Counted from the first letter of the stretch, positions 1 to 12,101 are shown. The stretch is 64,000 nucleotides of DNA from Mobula hypostoma (GCF_963921235.1 NC_086115.1:17670001-17734000); one strand, 5' to 3'. Program-made: numbers and translations. The notes: generated from the letters alone by a model not told the origin.

Positions 1-2621
1 GGTAGAGCTGCATAACACTAAGGGGCAGAAAACGCTGGTGGGAGTTGTGTACAGGCCACCTAACAATAGTAGTGAGGTTGGGGATGGCATTAAACAGGAA
101 ATTAGAAATGCGTGCAATAAAGAAACAATAGTTATAATGGGTGACTTCAATCTACATATAGACTGGGTGAACCAAATTGGTAAGGGTGCTGAGGAAGAGG
201 ATTTCTTGGAATGTATGCGGGATGGTTTTTTGAACCAACATGTCGAGGAACCAACCAGAGAGCAGGCTATTCTAGACTGGGCAATGAGAAAGGGTTAATT
301 AGCAATCTTGTCATGACAGGCCCCTTGGGTAAGAGTGACCATAATATGGTGGAATTCTTCATTAAGATGGAGAGTGACATAGTTAATTCAGAAACAAAGA
401 TTCTGAACTTAAAGAAGGGTAACTTTGAAGGTATGAGACGTGAATTAGCTGAGATAGACTGGCAAATGATACTTAAAGGGTTGACGGTGGATATGCAATG
501 GCAAGCATTTAAAGATCGCATGGATGAACTACAAAAATTATTCATCCCAGTTTGGTAAAAGAATAAATCAGGGAAGGTATTGCACCCGTGGCTGACAAGG
601 GAAATTAGGGATAGTATCAATTCCAAAGAAGAAGCATACAAATTAGCCAGAAAAAGTGGCTCACCTGAGGACTGGGAGAAATTCAGAGTCCAGCAGGGGA
701 GGACAAAGGGCTTAATTAGGAAAGGGAAAAAAGATTATGAGAGAAAACTGGCAGGGAACATAAAAACTGACTGTAAAAGCTTTTATAGATATGTGAAAAG
801 AAAAAGATTGGTTAAGGCAAATGCAGATCCCTTACAGACGGAAACAGGTGAATTGATTATGGGGAACAAGGACATGGCAGACCAATTGAATAACTACTTT
901 GGTTCTGTCTTCACTAAGGAGGACATAAATAATCTTCCGGAAATAGTAGGGGACAGAGGGTCCAGTGAGATGGAGGAACTGAAGGAAATACATGTTAGTA
1001 GGGAAGTGGTGTTAGGTAAATTGAAGGGATTAAAGGCAGATAAATCCCCAGGGCCAGGTGGTCTGCATCCCAGAGTGCTTAAGGAAGTAGCCCAAGAAAT
1101 AGTGGATGCATTAGTGATAATTTTTCAAAACTCTCTAGATTCTGGACTAGTTCCTGAGGATTGGAGGGTGGCTAATGTAATCCCGCTTTTTAAAAATGGA
1201 GGGAGAGAGAAACAGGGGAATTATAGACCGGTTAGCCTAACATCAGTGGTGGGGAAAATGCTAGAGTCAGTTATCAAAGATGTGATAACAGCACATTTGG
1301 AAAGCGGTGAAATCATCGGACAAAGTCAGCACGGATTTGTGAAAGGAAAATCATGTCTGATGAATCTCATAGAATTTTTTGAGGATGTAACTAGTAGAGT
1401 GGATAGGGGAGAACCAGTGGATGTGGTATATTTGAATTTTCAAAAGGCTTTTGACAAGGTCCCACACAGGAGATTAGTGAGCAAACTTAAAGCACATGGT
1501 ATTGGGGGTAAGGTATTGATGTGGATAGAGAATTGGTTGGCAAACAGGAAGCAAAGAGTGGGAATAAACGGGATCTTTTCAGAATGGCAGGCAGTGACTA
1601 GTGGGGTACCGCAAGGCTCGGTGCTGGGACCTCAGTTGTTTACAATATATATTAATGACTTAGATGAGGGTATTAAATGCAGCATTTCCAAGTTTGTGGA
1701 TGACACGAAGCTGGGCGGCAGTGTTTGCTGTGAGGACGATGCTAAGAGGATGCAGGGTGACTTGGATAGGTTAGGTGAGTGGGCAAATTCATGGCAGATG
1801 CAATTTAATGTGGATAAATGTGAGGTTATCCACTTTGGTGGCAAAAACAGGAAAACAGATTATTATCTGAATGGTGGCCGATTAGGAAAAGGGGAGGTGC
1901 AACGAGACCTGGGTGTCATTATACACCAGTCATTGAAAGTGGGCATGCAGGTACAGCAGGCGGTGAAAAAGGCGAATGGTATGCTGGCATTCATAGCAAG
2001 AGGATTCGAGTACAGGAGCAGGGAGGTACTACTGCATTTGTACAAGGCCTTGGTGAGACCACACCTGGAGTATTGTGTGCAGTTTTGGTCCCCTAATCTG
2101 AGGAAAGACATCCTTGCCATAGAGTGAGTACAGGGAAGGTTCACCAGATTGATTCCTGGGCTGGTAGGACTTTCATATGATGAAAGACTGGATGAACTAG
2201 ACTTATACTCGTTGGAATTTAGAAGATTGAGGGGGGATCTTATTGAAACGTATAAAATCCTAAAGGGATTGGACAGGCTAGGTGCAGGAAGATTGTTCCC
2301 AATGTTGGGGAAGTCCAGAATGAGGGGTCACAGTTTGAGGATAAAGGGGAAGCTGTTTAGGACCGAGATTAGGAAAAACTTCTTCACACAGAGAATGGTG
2401 AATCTGTGGAATTCTCTGCCACAGGAAACAGTTAAGGCTAGTTCATTGGCTATATTTAAGAAGGAGTTAGATATGGCCCTTGTGGCTAAAGGGATCGGGG
2501 GTATGGTGAGAAGGCAGGTACAGGGTTCTGAGTTGGATGATCAGCCATGATCATACTGAATGGCGGTGCAGGCTCGAAGGGCCGAATGGCCTACTCCTGC
2601 ACCTATTTTCTATGTTTCTAT
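1..2621 (+). mobile_element. CR1-clade LINE (elasmobranch HER1-like): APE endonuclease + RT ORF2 with a few stops/frameshifts and 3' tail; 5' end lies outside the window
   Basis: ORFs 38-298, 211-558, 580-2127 and 2149-2550 give GVVYRPP/MGDFN/SDHNM (APE), [33 protein letters not shown] and KFVDD (RT). The 3' end is ...GGCCGAATGGCCTACTCCTGCACCTATTTTCTATGTTTCTAT. Confidence 0.95.
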
Positions 2622-2624
2622 ATT

Positions 2625-2860
2625 TCAATGGCCCCTTTTATTGCCCTGTCTCCTAATTTGTCGAAGACTACCCGCTTCCTCAATACTATCTGCCCCTCTC
2701 CCTACCTTGATATCATTCGCAAACCTGGCTGCAAACACATGAATTCTATCATCTAAATGATCGACAAAGAACGTGAGAAGAAGGGGTCCCACACCAACCC
2801 CTGTGGAGCACCTCTTGACCAGCAGCCAACCAGAAAAGGCCCCCTTTATTCCCACTCTAT
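2625..2860 (-). mobile_element. Older CR1 RT fragment
   Basis: Minus translation resembles the RT core (GPLLLTFFVDHLDDRIHVFAARFANDIKVG). Confidence 0.7.
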
Positions 2861-2861
2861 A

Positions 2862-3975
2862 CTTTTTTAGATATTTACAAATAAGAAACTTTTTAAATAC
2901 CACACTGCCTACCTTCCCAATTTCATACCCCACTGATATCATTGATAAAATTTTAGGTTTAAATCCCTTTCAGAAGGGATTAATAGCATCTTTTTATGAT
3001 ATAATTATGAAATTACAGCGAGGTAGATCTGATAAAATTAAAAATGAATGGGAAAGGGAACTTCAACTTTGCCTACCTATAGAGAAATGGGATAAGATTT
3101 TTCAATTAGTTAGTTCTTCCTCTATATGTGCCATACGCTAATACAATTTAAAGTAGTGCATATGTCTAAAGACAAATTAGCCCGTTTTTATTGCCATATA
3201 AACCCTATTTGTGACAGATGTCACTCTGAGGTGGCTTCCTTAACTCATATGTTTTGGTCCTGTCCTCTTTTGGAAAAATTTTGGATAGATATTTTTGATA
3301 TTATCTCAACAGTTTTGTGTTTTGACTTACAACCCCATTGTATTACGGCAATTTTTGGTTTGCCAATGATAGAATATAGACTTTTATCCTCTTCAGCCGA
3401 TTGGATGATCGCATTTGTTATTTTAATGGCCAGAAGATCCATTTTATTGAACTGGAAGGAGACCAACCCTCCTACCACATTTCAATGGTTTTCCCAAAGT
3501 ATATCATGTTTAAATTTAGAAAAAATTAGAAGTGACATTTTTGATCCTTCAGTTAAATTTGAAGAGACTTGGAAAACCATTTATTCAACATTTTCATATG
3601 ATGTAATTTGACCTTTTCCGAATCCTTCTTATTAACTTAAAATAGATGAATAGAGGAGCGGAGTTGACAACATTATTGAATGTATTCGATTTAAGATATT
3701 GGTCTAGCCTTGTTTTGTTCTGTTTGCTTTTTTGGGGGGTTAGTATTTAGTTTCTTTTTTTTGTTTTTTTTGGGGGGGGTTCTTTGTATTTTTTTCTTTT
3801 TATTTCATTTTTTCTCTATGATTAATTATATTAGGAGTTTGGAAGTCTATTACACCTGTATTATTTGAAATCTTGTTTGTACATGTTTATCAACAATAAG
3901 GTTATTCCAGTCTCTCTGTATCAATATTGTTATTCTGTTTATAATTTTGGAAAATTAATAAAAAGATTTGAAAAG
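2862..3975 (+). mobile_element. 5'-truncated L1-clade LINE (ORF2 C-terminal zinc-knuckle region, T-rich 3'UTR, A-rich tail)
   Basis: ORFs 2773-3141 and 3126-3611: FFRYLQIRNFL, LIQFKVVH, CDRCHSEVASLTHMFWSC, ARRSILLNWK. Ends AATAAAAAGATTTGAAAA. Confidence 0.9.
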
Positions 3976-4039
3976 GAGAAAGCACAGTACAGGCCTTTTG
4001 GCCCATGACGTTGGCCACCCCCTTTTTTCCACTCTGTTT

Positions 4040-4326
4040 ATTGATTGATTGATTGAAATGCAGTGTAGAATAGGCTCCTCCAGCCCTTTGAGCTACACTG
4101 CCCAACAATCCCCTCTTTTAACGCTAGCCTAATCACAGGGCAATTTACAATGACCAATTAACCTACCAACTGGTACGTCTTTGGACTGTGGGAAGAAACT
4201 GGAGCATCCAGGGCAAACCCATGCAGTCACGGGCAGAAAGTACAAACTCCTTACAGGCAGCGGCAGTAATTGAACCCAGGTCGCCTGCACTGTAAATCGT
4301 TGTGCTAACCACTACGCTACCATGCA
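4040..4326 (-). mobile_element. tRNA-derived V-SINE (HE1-like)
   Basis: Minus strand has a tRNA-like head (GTAGCGTAGTGGTTAGCAC...GGGTTCAATT) and a V-domain-like body (GAGTTTGTAC...CATGGGTTTGCCC...CCCACAGTCCAAAGAC). Related copies occur at about 12690-12865, 18085-18308, 31200-31385 and 57522-57750. Confidence 0.8.
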
Positions 4327-5104
4327 GCCTCTAAGATCAATCTACCCCTACCCTCCAACCTAGCCCCCCATTTTTCTATCATCCATGTGCCTATCTAAGA
4401 GTCTCTTAAACGTCCCTAATGTATCTGCCTCTACCACCATCCCTGGCTGGGCGTTCCACACACTCCCTACCTCTGACATCCCCCTGTACTTACCTCCAAT
4501 CACCTTAAAATTGTGCCGTCTGGTGTAAGAGCTGGGAAAGAGAGAAAACAAGTTAGTTTTAAGTTGTAGGAAGGTTCGGGAGGGAAGATCTCAGATAGGG
4601 TGAGGACAAAGCTGCAGTGGGGATACATGGGGGGAGTTTCTTCAATTAAATAGGTTAAGGTGGGCAGTCACTGGGGGGCGGAGGGGGAAGTGAGGGGTAT
4701 GTAGTGCTGGTGGACATGGAGGGCTTGGCCAGTTGGCCAGAGAAGTGATGAGTGATATTGCATCAAGAGAAGGGATTAGAGAGTTAAGGTGTGTTGGTAA
4801 ACAGAGGCCTTGAAAGTAATTAAAGATAAATAGGGTTTAAAATGTACACAGAACAACTACCTCCATTAACTGAGACTCGGGACTTTTTCCCGGAAGCAGA
4901 AGTTACTGATAACGTTACTTCAGTGGAGACATGTCTTTTTCTACGTTCATTCCACCCATGGCACACATTCTCTGCAGGCCAGGCAGCATCTGTGGAGAGG
5001 AATAAAGAGTCGCTGTTTTGGGCCGAGACCCTTCATCAGAATACCGGCCCTGCTGAGTTCCTCCAGCATTTTGTGTGTGCTATTCTGGATTTCCAGCATC
5101 TATA

Positions 5105-5455
5105 TAGAAACATAGAAACGTAGAAAACCTACAGCGCAATACAGGCCCTTCGGCCCACAAAGTTGTGCCGAACATTTCCCTACCTTAGAAATTACTAAGC
5201 TTACCTATAGCCCTCTATTTTACTAAGCTCCATGTACCTATCCAAATGTCTCTTAAAAGACCCGATCGCTTCCGCCTCCACCACCGCTGCCGGCAGCCCA
5301 TTCCACGCACTAACCACTCTCTGAGTAAAAAATTTACCCCTGACATCTCCTCCGTACCTATTCCCCAGCACCTTAAACCTGTGTCCTCTTGTGGCAACCA
5401 TTTCGGCCCTGGGAAAAAGCCTCTAACTATCCACACGATCAATGCCCCTCATCAT
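5105..5455 (-). mobile_element. CR1 3' fragment with (TTTCTATG)-type tail
   Basis: Minus ORF reads TRGHRFKV...FFTQRVVSAWNGLP. The tail repeat ATAGAAAC is visible on the plus strand at about 5104-5126. Confidence 0.8.
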
Positions 5456-5869
5456 CTCTTGTGTTCATTCTCCAACAATAATATGTGAACACCGCTCATG
5501 TTTTCTCCTTAGGCTTCCCTCCATGAAACTTTTTGGAGGCCATTACACAGGACCTGCCCCTTCGTGGAGGCACCGAATATCAGGGCGGGGAGGTTACGCT
5601 GGCACCGAACCCAGCTCTGCTGGGTGTGTGCAGGTCTGGTAAGCGGTGATGTACTGCAGAGGAGATTCACCCAGAGCAGAGAAATGTGGGGAATGTGTCT
5701 GTTTAACTTGGAACAGAAGAGGCAAGTTGTTCTCTTCTATATAACATAACATTCCAGGTTGGTTAGTTAGGAAGGGAGCGCTTCCCTTAACAGAGTTTAC
5801 CCTGGGACGGGATACAGAGTTAAAGTAACGGGTGGAAGGGTTAGGATGGTGCCCGGTGTTAGTTCACCC

Positions 5870-6430
5870 AAGGCGCGCAGTTCTGGAACGACCCATCCAC
5901 GGTTAAAACAGTCCTTGAAGAACTGGGCAGCCCTGCGTGGACCAGCGCCGACGCGATGGGCTGAATAAGTTCTGTCGGCGGAGATCAGCTCCGGCTCTGT
6001 GTCTTTAAGCAATGGTTCGCCGCCGAGGCTCCTCGGCTTATATGGGACGACAGGAAATGAGTAAGAGCCGAGGCAGAGGAAGGAACTTGCTGTTCGGCGG
6101 CGTCGGCCAGTTCCCCCGGAGCAGAGCGCGCCGGGACGCCCGGCAGCCCGACCAAGGTGAGTGGATTTGCAAGTCAGTCCCAGCCTGGATCCCGTCCCCT
6201 GTGGCACTCGGGCCACCGAGAGATCCCCCCACCACCACCCCCACCCCCGTTCGGAGCCCCGGGCACTCCGGATATCAGGAGGGGGGTCTTAGCAGAGCTG
6301 TGTCCAAGCAGCGACTGGAATAGGGCGCCAGTGGGAGAGGGAGAGGAACCGAGGGCGTGTCTGCGTGGACTGTGTTCATCAGTTTGCAAGTTAAAATGTC
6401 TGGCGATGTCCTACCACGCTGAAAGCGCTA
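5870..6430 (+). promoter_or_regulatory. CpG island: probable ITPRIP promoter and non-coding exon 1 (donor AAG|GTGAGT at 6156/6157)
   Basis: CpG-dense, non-repetitive stretch about 3.6 kb upstream of the ITPRIP acceptor, with a consensus splice donor. ITPRIP genes typically have a 5' non-coding exon. Confidence 0.65.
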
Positions 6431-7179
6431 TGTAAATGTGGGGTCGGCTCTTTTTTTTCGCGATTTGGGATCTATTTATACTTCTGTTGTCCGAAAATAA
6501 ACTTTTTCTTGGACTTCACCAACTACATCTCGTGCATACAGACCCGGGACCCGCTGCCGCTGCCCTGCCGAGCCTCCCCCGCGCTGGGGAGGCAGTGAAA
6601 CCCTACCTGAGCGCTTCTACCCTGTGGATTCTGTTCCCCGACCATGTGCTCAGCCAGACGCACGTCTTTCCTGGGCGGTCTCCTCCACTTCCGCAGCCCT
6701 TTGTCACCCCCAGCAGTCATCTCCCAGCTTCCTACATAATTTCCACTCTTTACCCTCCCACCTCGCCTGCCCATCATAACCCCTCTCAGCTGGATCCACC
6801 AAACATCTCCCAGCGCTTGCTACCCACTCCAACCACCTTTTAGCACTGGCTCGTTCATTCCGGCCCTGACCAAGGGTCTCAAATCGGACTGTGCCCTGAT
6901 CATCTCCCTCCATAGATGCTGCCTGACACGCCGAGTTCCTCCATGGTTTCCGCCTTGCTCAAGACCTGGGTCTTGTTCTGTGGGCGGTGAGCCAGCTCTC
7001 CTCTCACCTCCGGGTGGGCAGCGTGAGTCGTGACGAGGCGGAGGGGCGATTGTGTGTTGTCCCTACAGCAGTGGGAAGGTGCAGGATGCTGGTCACACTG
7101 TGGGGAACTGTGAACCCCAGCTGTTCGACGGGACCTGGGGACGAGTACAACAGTAACTGGCAGGCTGTGTTTGCAGTGG

Positions 7180-7350
7180 AATCCACACCGAAGCGAGTAG
7201 TCCCAGGTTCGAATCTAGCCGGCTCCTTGCATGCTTCCCATCCGTGCTGGGTTGATCGTCGGGCGAGCAACTCAGCCTCCAGGAAAAGCAGACAGAGGCT
7301 AAATAAACAGCAAGGTTGCCGCTCGATGCGCTCCAAGGCATAGAGAGGCA
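7180..7350 (+). mobile_element. Putative tRNA-derived SINE fragment
   Basis: B-box GGTTCGAATC at about 7206-7215 followed by a SINE-like body. Confidence 0.4.
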
Positions 7351-7737
7351 CAACAATGTCAGTCTGTGTTGCCAAGGGAGCTTGGTTGCAGCTGTACAGG
7401 GTGCAGATGGGATCACACCAGAATCAGTGCTGGAGTCAGACTGTTCAAGGTGCTGATTCCTGGGCCTAAGGGGCTGCCTTGGGGAGGGGAGTGGGGGTGG
7501 GAAGATGAGGTTGGAATTAGAATTTATTATTATATGACGCAAGATACAGTGAAAAGCTTATCTTGCATAATGTTACACTGTGCACGGTAGTACAAGGTAA
7601 AACAATACCAGAATACAATTGTAGAGGAAGTGCAGACCTTCATAAGTCCTTAAGATATATGAGTTAAGTCATACAGATATGTACAAGCAAAAGGATTGCA
7701 AGGGACAAAATTGGCCCTCTGGAAGATCAGAATGGTA

Positions 7738-8548
7738 ATTGAGGATGTAACTATGAAAATGGACAAGGGAGAGCCAGTGGATGTAGTGTACCTGGACTTT
7801 CAGAAAGCCTTTGATAAGGTCCCACATAGGAGGTTAGTGGGCAAAATTAGAGCACATGGTATTGGGGGTAGGGTACTGACATGGATAGAGAATTGGTTGG
7901 CAGACAGGAAACAAAGAGCAGGGATTAACGGGTCCTTTTCAGAATGGCAGGCAGTGACTAGTGGGGTACCGCAAGGCTCGGTGCTGGGACCGCAGCTATT
8001 TACAATATACATTAATAACTTAGATGAAGGGATTAAAAGTAACATTAGCAAATTTGCAGATGACGCAAAGCTGGGTGACAGAGTGAAATGTGAGGAGGAT
8101 GTTATGAGAATGCAGGGTGACTTGGACAGGTTGGGTGAGTGGGCAGATGCAGTTTAATGTGGATAAAAGTGATGTTATCCACTTTGGTGGCAAGAACAGG
8201 AAGGCAGATTACTATCTGAATGGTGTCCAGTTAGGAAAAGGGGAAGTACAACGAGATCTGGGTGTCCTTGTTCATCAGTCACTGAAAGTAAACATACAGG
8301 TTCAGCAGGCAGTGAAGAAAGCTAATGGCATCTTGGCCTTCATAACAAGGGGAGTTGAGTATCGGAGCAGAGAGGTCCTTCTGCAGTTGTACAAGGCCCT
8401 GGTGAGACCCCACCTGGAGTATTGTGTGCAGTTTTGGTCTCCAAATTTGAGGAAGGACATTCTTGCTGTGGAGGGAATGCAGCATAGGTTCACTGGGTTA
8501 ATTCCAGGGATGGCAGGAATGTCATATGTTGAAAGATTGGAGTGACTA
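7738..8548 (+). mobile_element. CR1 RT fragment
   Basis: ORFs 7696-8157 and 8117-8545: [40 protein letters not shown]. Confidence 0.92.
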
Positions 8549-8878
8549 CTCGTCCCACTCGTCTTTGCTATGTTATACTTCTCTTTTATTTTTATACTGT
8601 CCATTACTTCCCTTGTCAGCCACGGCCTCCCCTTACACCCCTTAGGATCTTTCTTCCTCTTTGGAATGAACTGATTCTGCACCTTCCGCATTATTCCCAG
8701 AAACACTTGCCATTGCTGTTCCACTGTCATCCCCGCTAGGGTATTATTACATTGAACTTTGGCCAGCTCCTCCCTCATAGCACCATAGTTCCCTTTGTTC
8801 AACTGTAATACTGACACTTCCAAGTTTCCCTTCTCCCTCTCAAATTGTAGATTAAAACTTATCATATTATGGTCCTAC
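8549..8878 (-). mobile_element. Inverted CR1 fragment (end of endonuclease/linker)
   Basis: Minus ORF 8302-8865 begins MISFNLQFEREKG...YGAMREELAKV...WLTREV, homologous to 24350-24679. Confidence 0.85.
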
Positions 8879-9813
8879 AACCATCGCATTTTCTATTCTC
8901 CCTGCATTCTCATTAACCTTCCCAAATCCCACCTCTCAGCTGCACACCAGGGACAATCGACAACAGCGATTAACCGGCTGCCCTGGGATGTGGGAGGGAG
9001 GGATACTGAGTGCCGAGCTCACACAGTTACAGGGAGAATGTCTGTGTGGGGTTCGCACACAGGAGTAGAGCTGAGTCGCTGGAACTGTGAGGCGGGCGTT
9101 ATATTTGTGCATCACCTGTTTACGGGTCGCGGGAGAAAAGGAATTCGGACTGGTAGTGAGAACATCGGCTGTGCATCAGGGGCACAACAGAGTTCCTGAC
9201 CGAACTGCTGAAGGAATACAATTCCTCACAGACTACAGTTCCATCAGGTGCCTCCCGTGTGCCTGTGGATGAATCTGTGGTTCCCACATCAGCCTGCGTG
9301 GTCAGTACGGGCCAATACCCCCAGAATGAAAATAAGAGACCCTCGATCCTGAAGGGTGACTTAAGGAAGACTCGTGGTCCCTCCTGAACTTGCACTTGTC
9401 ACAAAGTTCACCTCGGACATTTCCTCCCCATCCCCCACACCACTATACTTGCCTCCAGTCAGTTTAAAATTATGCATTTTTTTTGTATTGGCTGCTCCCA
9501 CTCTGGATGGGGTTGGGGTTGGGGGGGTGGGGGGAAGTCGCTGGCTGTCTGCCCAATCTATATCTCTTATCATCTTGTCAAGTCACCTCATCCTTCCTTG
9601 TTCCAAAGAGAAAGTGCCCAGCTCAGTCCAACTATCCCCCATCTGGATTTTGACCCACGTCCTGATCTACTTGGTCTGCACAGAGGCCTATGTCCCAAGA
9701 ATATCACCCAGTTACACCGTGCCTGTACCAGACACCCGGCCTTGTTTAGTCTCTCGCATTCTCTAGGCTGGCCCCTCACCTCCCTCTCCCTCTCTCCGCA
9801 GGTCTGGGCTGCC

Positions 9814-11382
9814 ATGCCAGCCCCGATTATCACCGTGTGGCTGCTGGTGAGCGCCATCATGAGCAAACAGCCGCCGCCCCCGCGGGGGGAGGCCCTCAGC
9901 CGGATGGAGGAGCGGGCGGCGACGTTACAAGCTCAGAAGCTGCGGCTGGAGCAGGAGCTGGCTGAGGCGGAGGCGGCGGTTGCCGAGGAGCCGCAGGCCG
10001 AGAGTGACGACAGCTGGGGGTCGTGGGGAGCCTACCCCCTCGCCGGTTTACTCCTCCTCCTGCTGGCGCTGTGGGGCTGCGGGCTGGTCGGCTGCCCGCG
10101 TGCCCTGCGGCTGCTGGTGGGTGGGGAGGAGGACCCGGAGAGCGGGGAGCTGCCGCCTCTCGCCTCGCTGCCCGACCTTCAGGCCCTGGCCTGCTTCTAT
10201 GAGCAGAGCGTGCGGCTGCCGGTGGACGAGGTGTCACGGACCAGGGAGATGGTGGAAGGTTTTGCCGACGACCTGCTGGAGGCCGTGCGGAGCGTGTGCG
10301 ACCGCGAGCTTGACATGGAGCTGCAGGAGAGTGTCGGCGTCGGGAGTCTGTACGAGAACTGGCGTCTGGACAGGCCGCTAGCCTGTGACCTGCTGGTGCC
10401 CTTCAGCCCGCCTGAGCCCTACCGTTTCCAGGCCAAGTTGATGCTGGCGGCGGGGCCCGAGTTCCTGGCCCGTGGCGCCGTTCGCGTCTTGGGCCCGGAG
10501 CCCGGCGCCTGTCGCTGCGGTGACACCCAGCTGGCCCGCGACATGCTGTGCCTGGTGCATGGAGAGCAGGGCCCGGCCGCCAACCAAGAGCTGCTGTGGG
10601 CTCCCACTGCCCCCTATCTGTCCAGAGGCCCGGTGATGCGGTGGTTCCAGGCTGCCCTCACCAAGGCCTGGGCCAGGATCTCACACAAGTATGACTTTGA
10701 GCTGGGATTCCAGGAGCTGGAACGCCCCGGCTCCCTGCGGATCCGCTTCCGCTCTGGCAAAGTCGTGCTGTTCAACCTCTGCCCCGTGGTGCAGTACGAC
10801 GGCTCCGACATGTACCTGACACTGGCCTGGGACCCACCCGGGGGGCAGGCAGGCCGCAGGCCCGACCGCGACACCGTCTGGGAGCTCAGCTCGGCCGTCT
10901 ACGAGAAGAGGTTCCTGAACTGGGTGGCCAAGCGGCTGCCGCCCAGCCCCTGCCACCTGGCCTGCCTGCAGATCGCCGCCTTCCTGCACCAGAAGCAGAT
11001 CCGGCTGAGCGGCCCAGGCGGCCTGTGCCGTTACCACCTGAAGACCGCTCTGCTCCACCTGCTGGCCCGCTTGCCACCCGCCGCCTGGCACCGCTCCTGC
11101 CTGCCCGCCCGGCTCCGGGACCTGCTGGAGCTGCTGCAGCAGGCACTGCGCCACGGCCGCCTCGACCACTTCATCCTGGGCAGCGGCTCCGCCCTGCCCG
11201 AGCTCAACATCCCAGCGGGCCTGCGCGCGGCCCAGCAGCCCAACCTGCTGGCCGGCCTGGTGGCACGGAGGCAGCTGCTGGCCCAGGCCAGGCACATGCT
11301 GGCCGAGATGCAGCGGAACGCCACAGTGCTGGTGCGGGAGTACGGCCCGCCCGAGCCACAGACCAGCCGCGCTTCCAGCTAG
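9814..11382 (+). CDS. ITPRIP: Inositol 1,4,5-trisphosphate receptor-interacting protein (ITPRIP/DANGER), single coding exon, 522 aa, Mab-21 family
   Basis: Acceptor (pyrimidine tract...CCGCAG| at 9801) is followed by a Kozak GCCATG at 9814. The product has a hydrophobic N-terminus, a coiled coil, a TM segment, and motifs REMVEGFADDLLEA, GVGSLYENW, CDLLVPF, VMRWFQ, ISHKYDFEL, CHLACLQI and YHLKTALLHLL. Position next to GSTO and CFAP43 matches the human locus. Confidence 0.92.
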   Translation: MPAPIITVWLLVSAIMSKQPPPPRGEALSRMEERAATLQAQKLRLEQELAEAEAAVAEEPQAESDDSWGSWGAYPLAGLLLLLLALWGCGLVGCPRALRLLVGGEEDPESGELPPLASLPDLQALACFYEQSVRLPVDEVSRTREMVEGFADDLLEAVRSVCDRELDMELQESVGVGSLYENWRLDRPLACDLLVPFSPPEPYRFQAKLMLAAGPEFLARGAVRVLGPEPGACRCGDTQLARDMLCLVHGEQGPAANQELLWAPTAPYLSRGPVMRWFQAALTKAWARISHKYDFELGFQELERPGSLRIRFRSGKVVLFNLCPVVQYDGSDMYLTLAWDPPGGQAGRRPDRDTVWELSSAVYEKRFLNWVAKRLPPSPCHLACLQIAAFLHQKQIRLSGPGGLCRYHLKTALLHLLARLPPAAWHRSCLPARLRDLLELLQQALRHGRLDHFILGSGSALPELNIPAGLRAAQQPNLLAGLVARRQLLAQARHMLAEMQRNATVLVREYGPPEPQTSRASS

Positions 11383-12101
11383 GCGGAGGGATGGTGAGCG
11401 GCTACCCCGAGGCCTCTGCCCAGCGCTGAGTCAGAGTGGCATCAGGCCCCGAGATGCTGGCCTCTCGGCCTCGTGTCCGGGCACCCTCCCACCTCTGCGG
11501 CGGGTGAACTCGGCAACTGAACCCCCAGACTTCCAGTGAGTGAAGACACTACTGGCCAAGGCTGCCCCCCTTGGGCATCACCATTCTCCAGCCCGCTTTG
11601 CCCTGCATGACAGGAGTGCCAAAGTTGGCATTGGTTAAGGGTCACTGCCACCGCTCCGTGCCCACTGCTCATCAGTGCAGCCGCTGACCAAGCCTTCCCC
11701 TTCTCCTGAGGGAGGCCAGCCCTGGCGGGAGCTGTAGCTACAGCAGATCCAATTGCTGAAACAGAATATACTTTGCAGTAAACACACACTTTATTATTCA
11801 GTGAGAATTAAAGGCACTACTGGAACAGGTTCAATGTTCGTGATGCAGAGCTCAATGGAACTGTGAGGGGCAATAGAGGGATTTTGATGGGGTGGGAAGG
11901 GGCAATGGACAAAGTGACTGAGTGGGCAACAGCGAGGACGATGGACAGCTCGTGGTGACCATAACCAGAAGGCAAAGACAAGTCTGTTTAACTGGGGAAC
12001 TTAATTGTTGAAAGTGACTTTGTATGCACCTCACTGAAAACCAATCTAGTGATCAAGAAAGGCAAATATTGGTCATTATTACACAATATTTTAAGTACAA
12101 G

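Noticed and set aside
580-2127. RT ORFs as domesticated genes or retron/DGR-like systems
   Set aside because: They are typical CR1 ORF2 pieces with neighbouring stops/frameshifts, LINE tails and multiple related copies in the window.
5797-6843. Cluster of short ORFs in the CpG island
   Set aside because: GC-rich promoter sequence produces spurious ORFs, and none has a recognisable product.
9472-9813. 114-aa N-terminal extension of the 636-aa ORF
   Set aside because: It lies upstream of a strong polypyrimidine/CAG acceptor at 9801 and a Kozak ATG at 9814, so it is intronic read-through.
9896-11429. Several overlapping and antisense ORFs (e.g. 10681-11295, 204 aa)
   Set aside because: These are expected shadows of a very GC-rich coding exon with few stop codons, and no family is recognisable.
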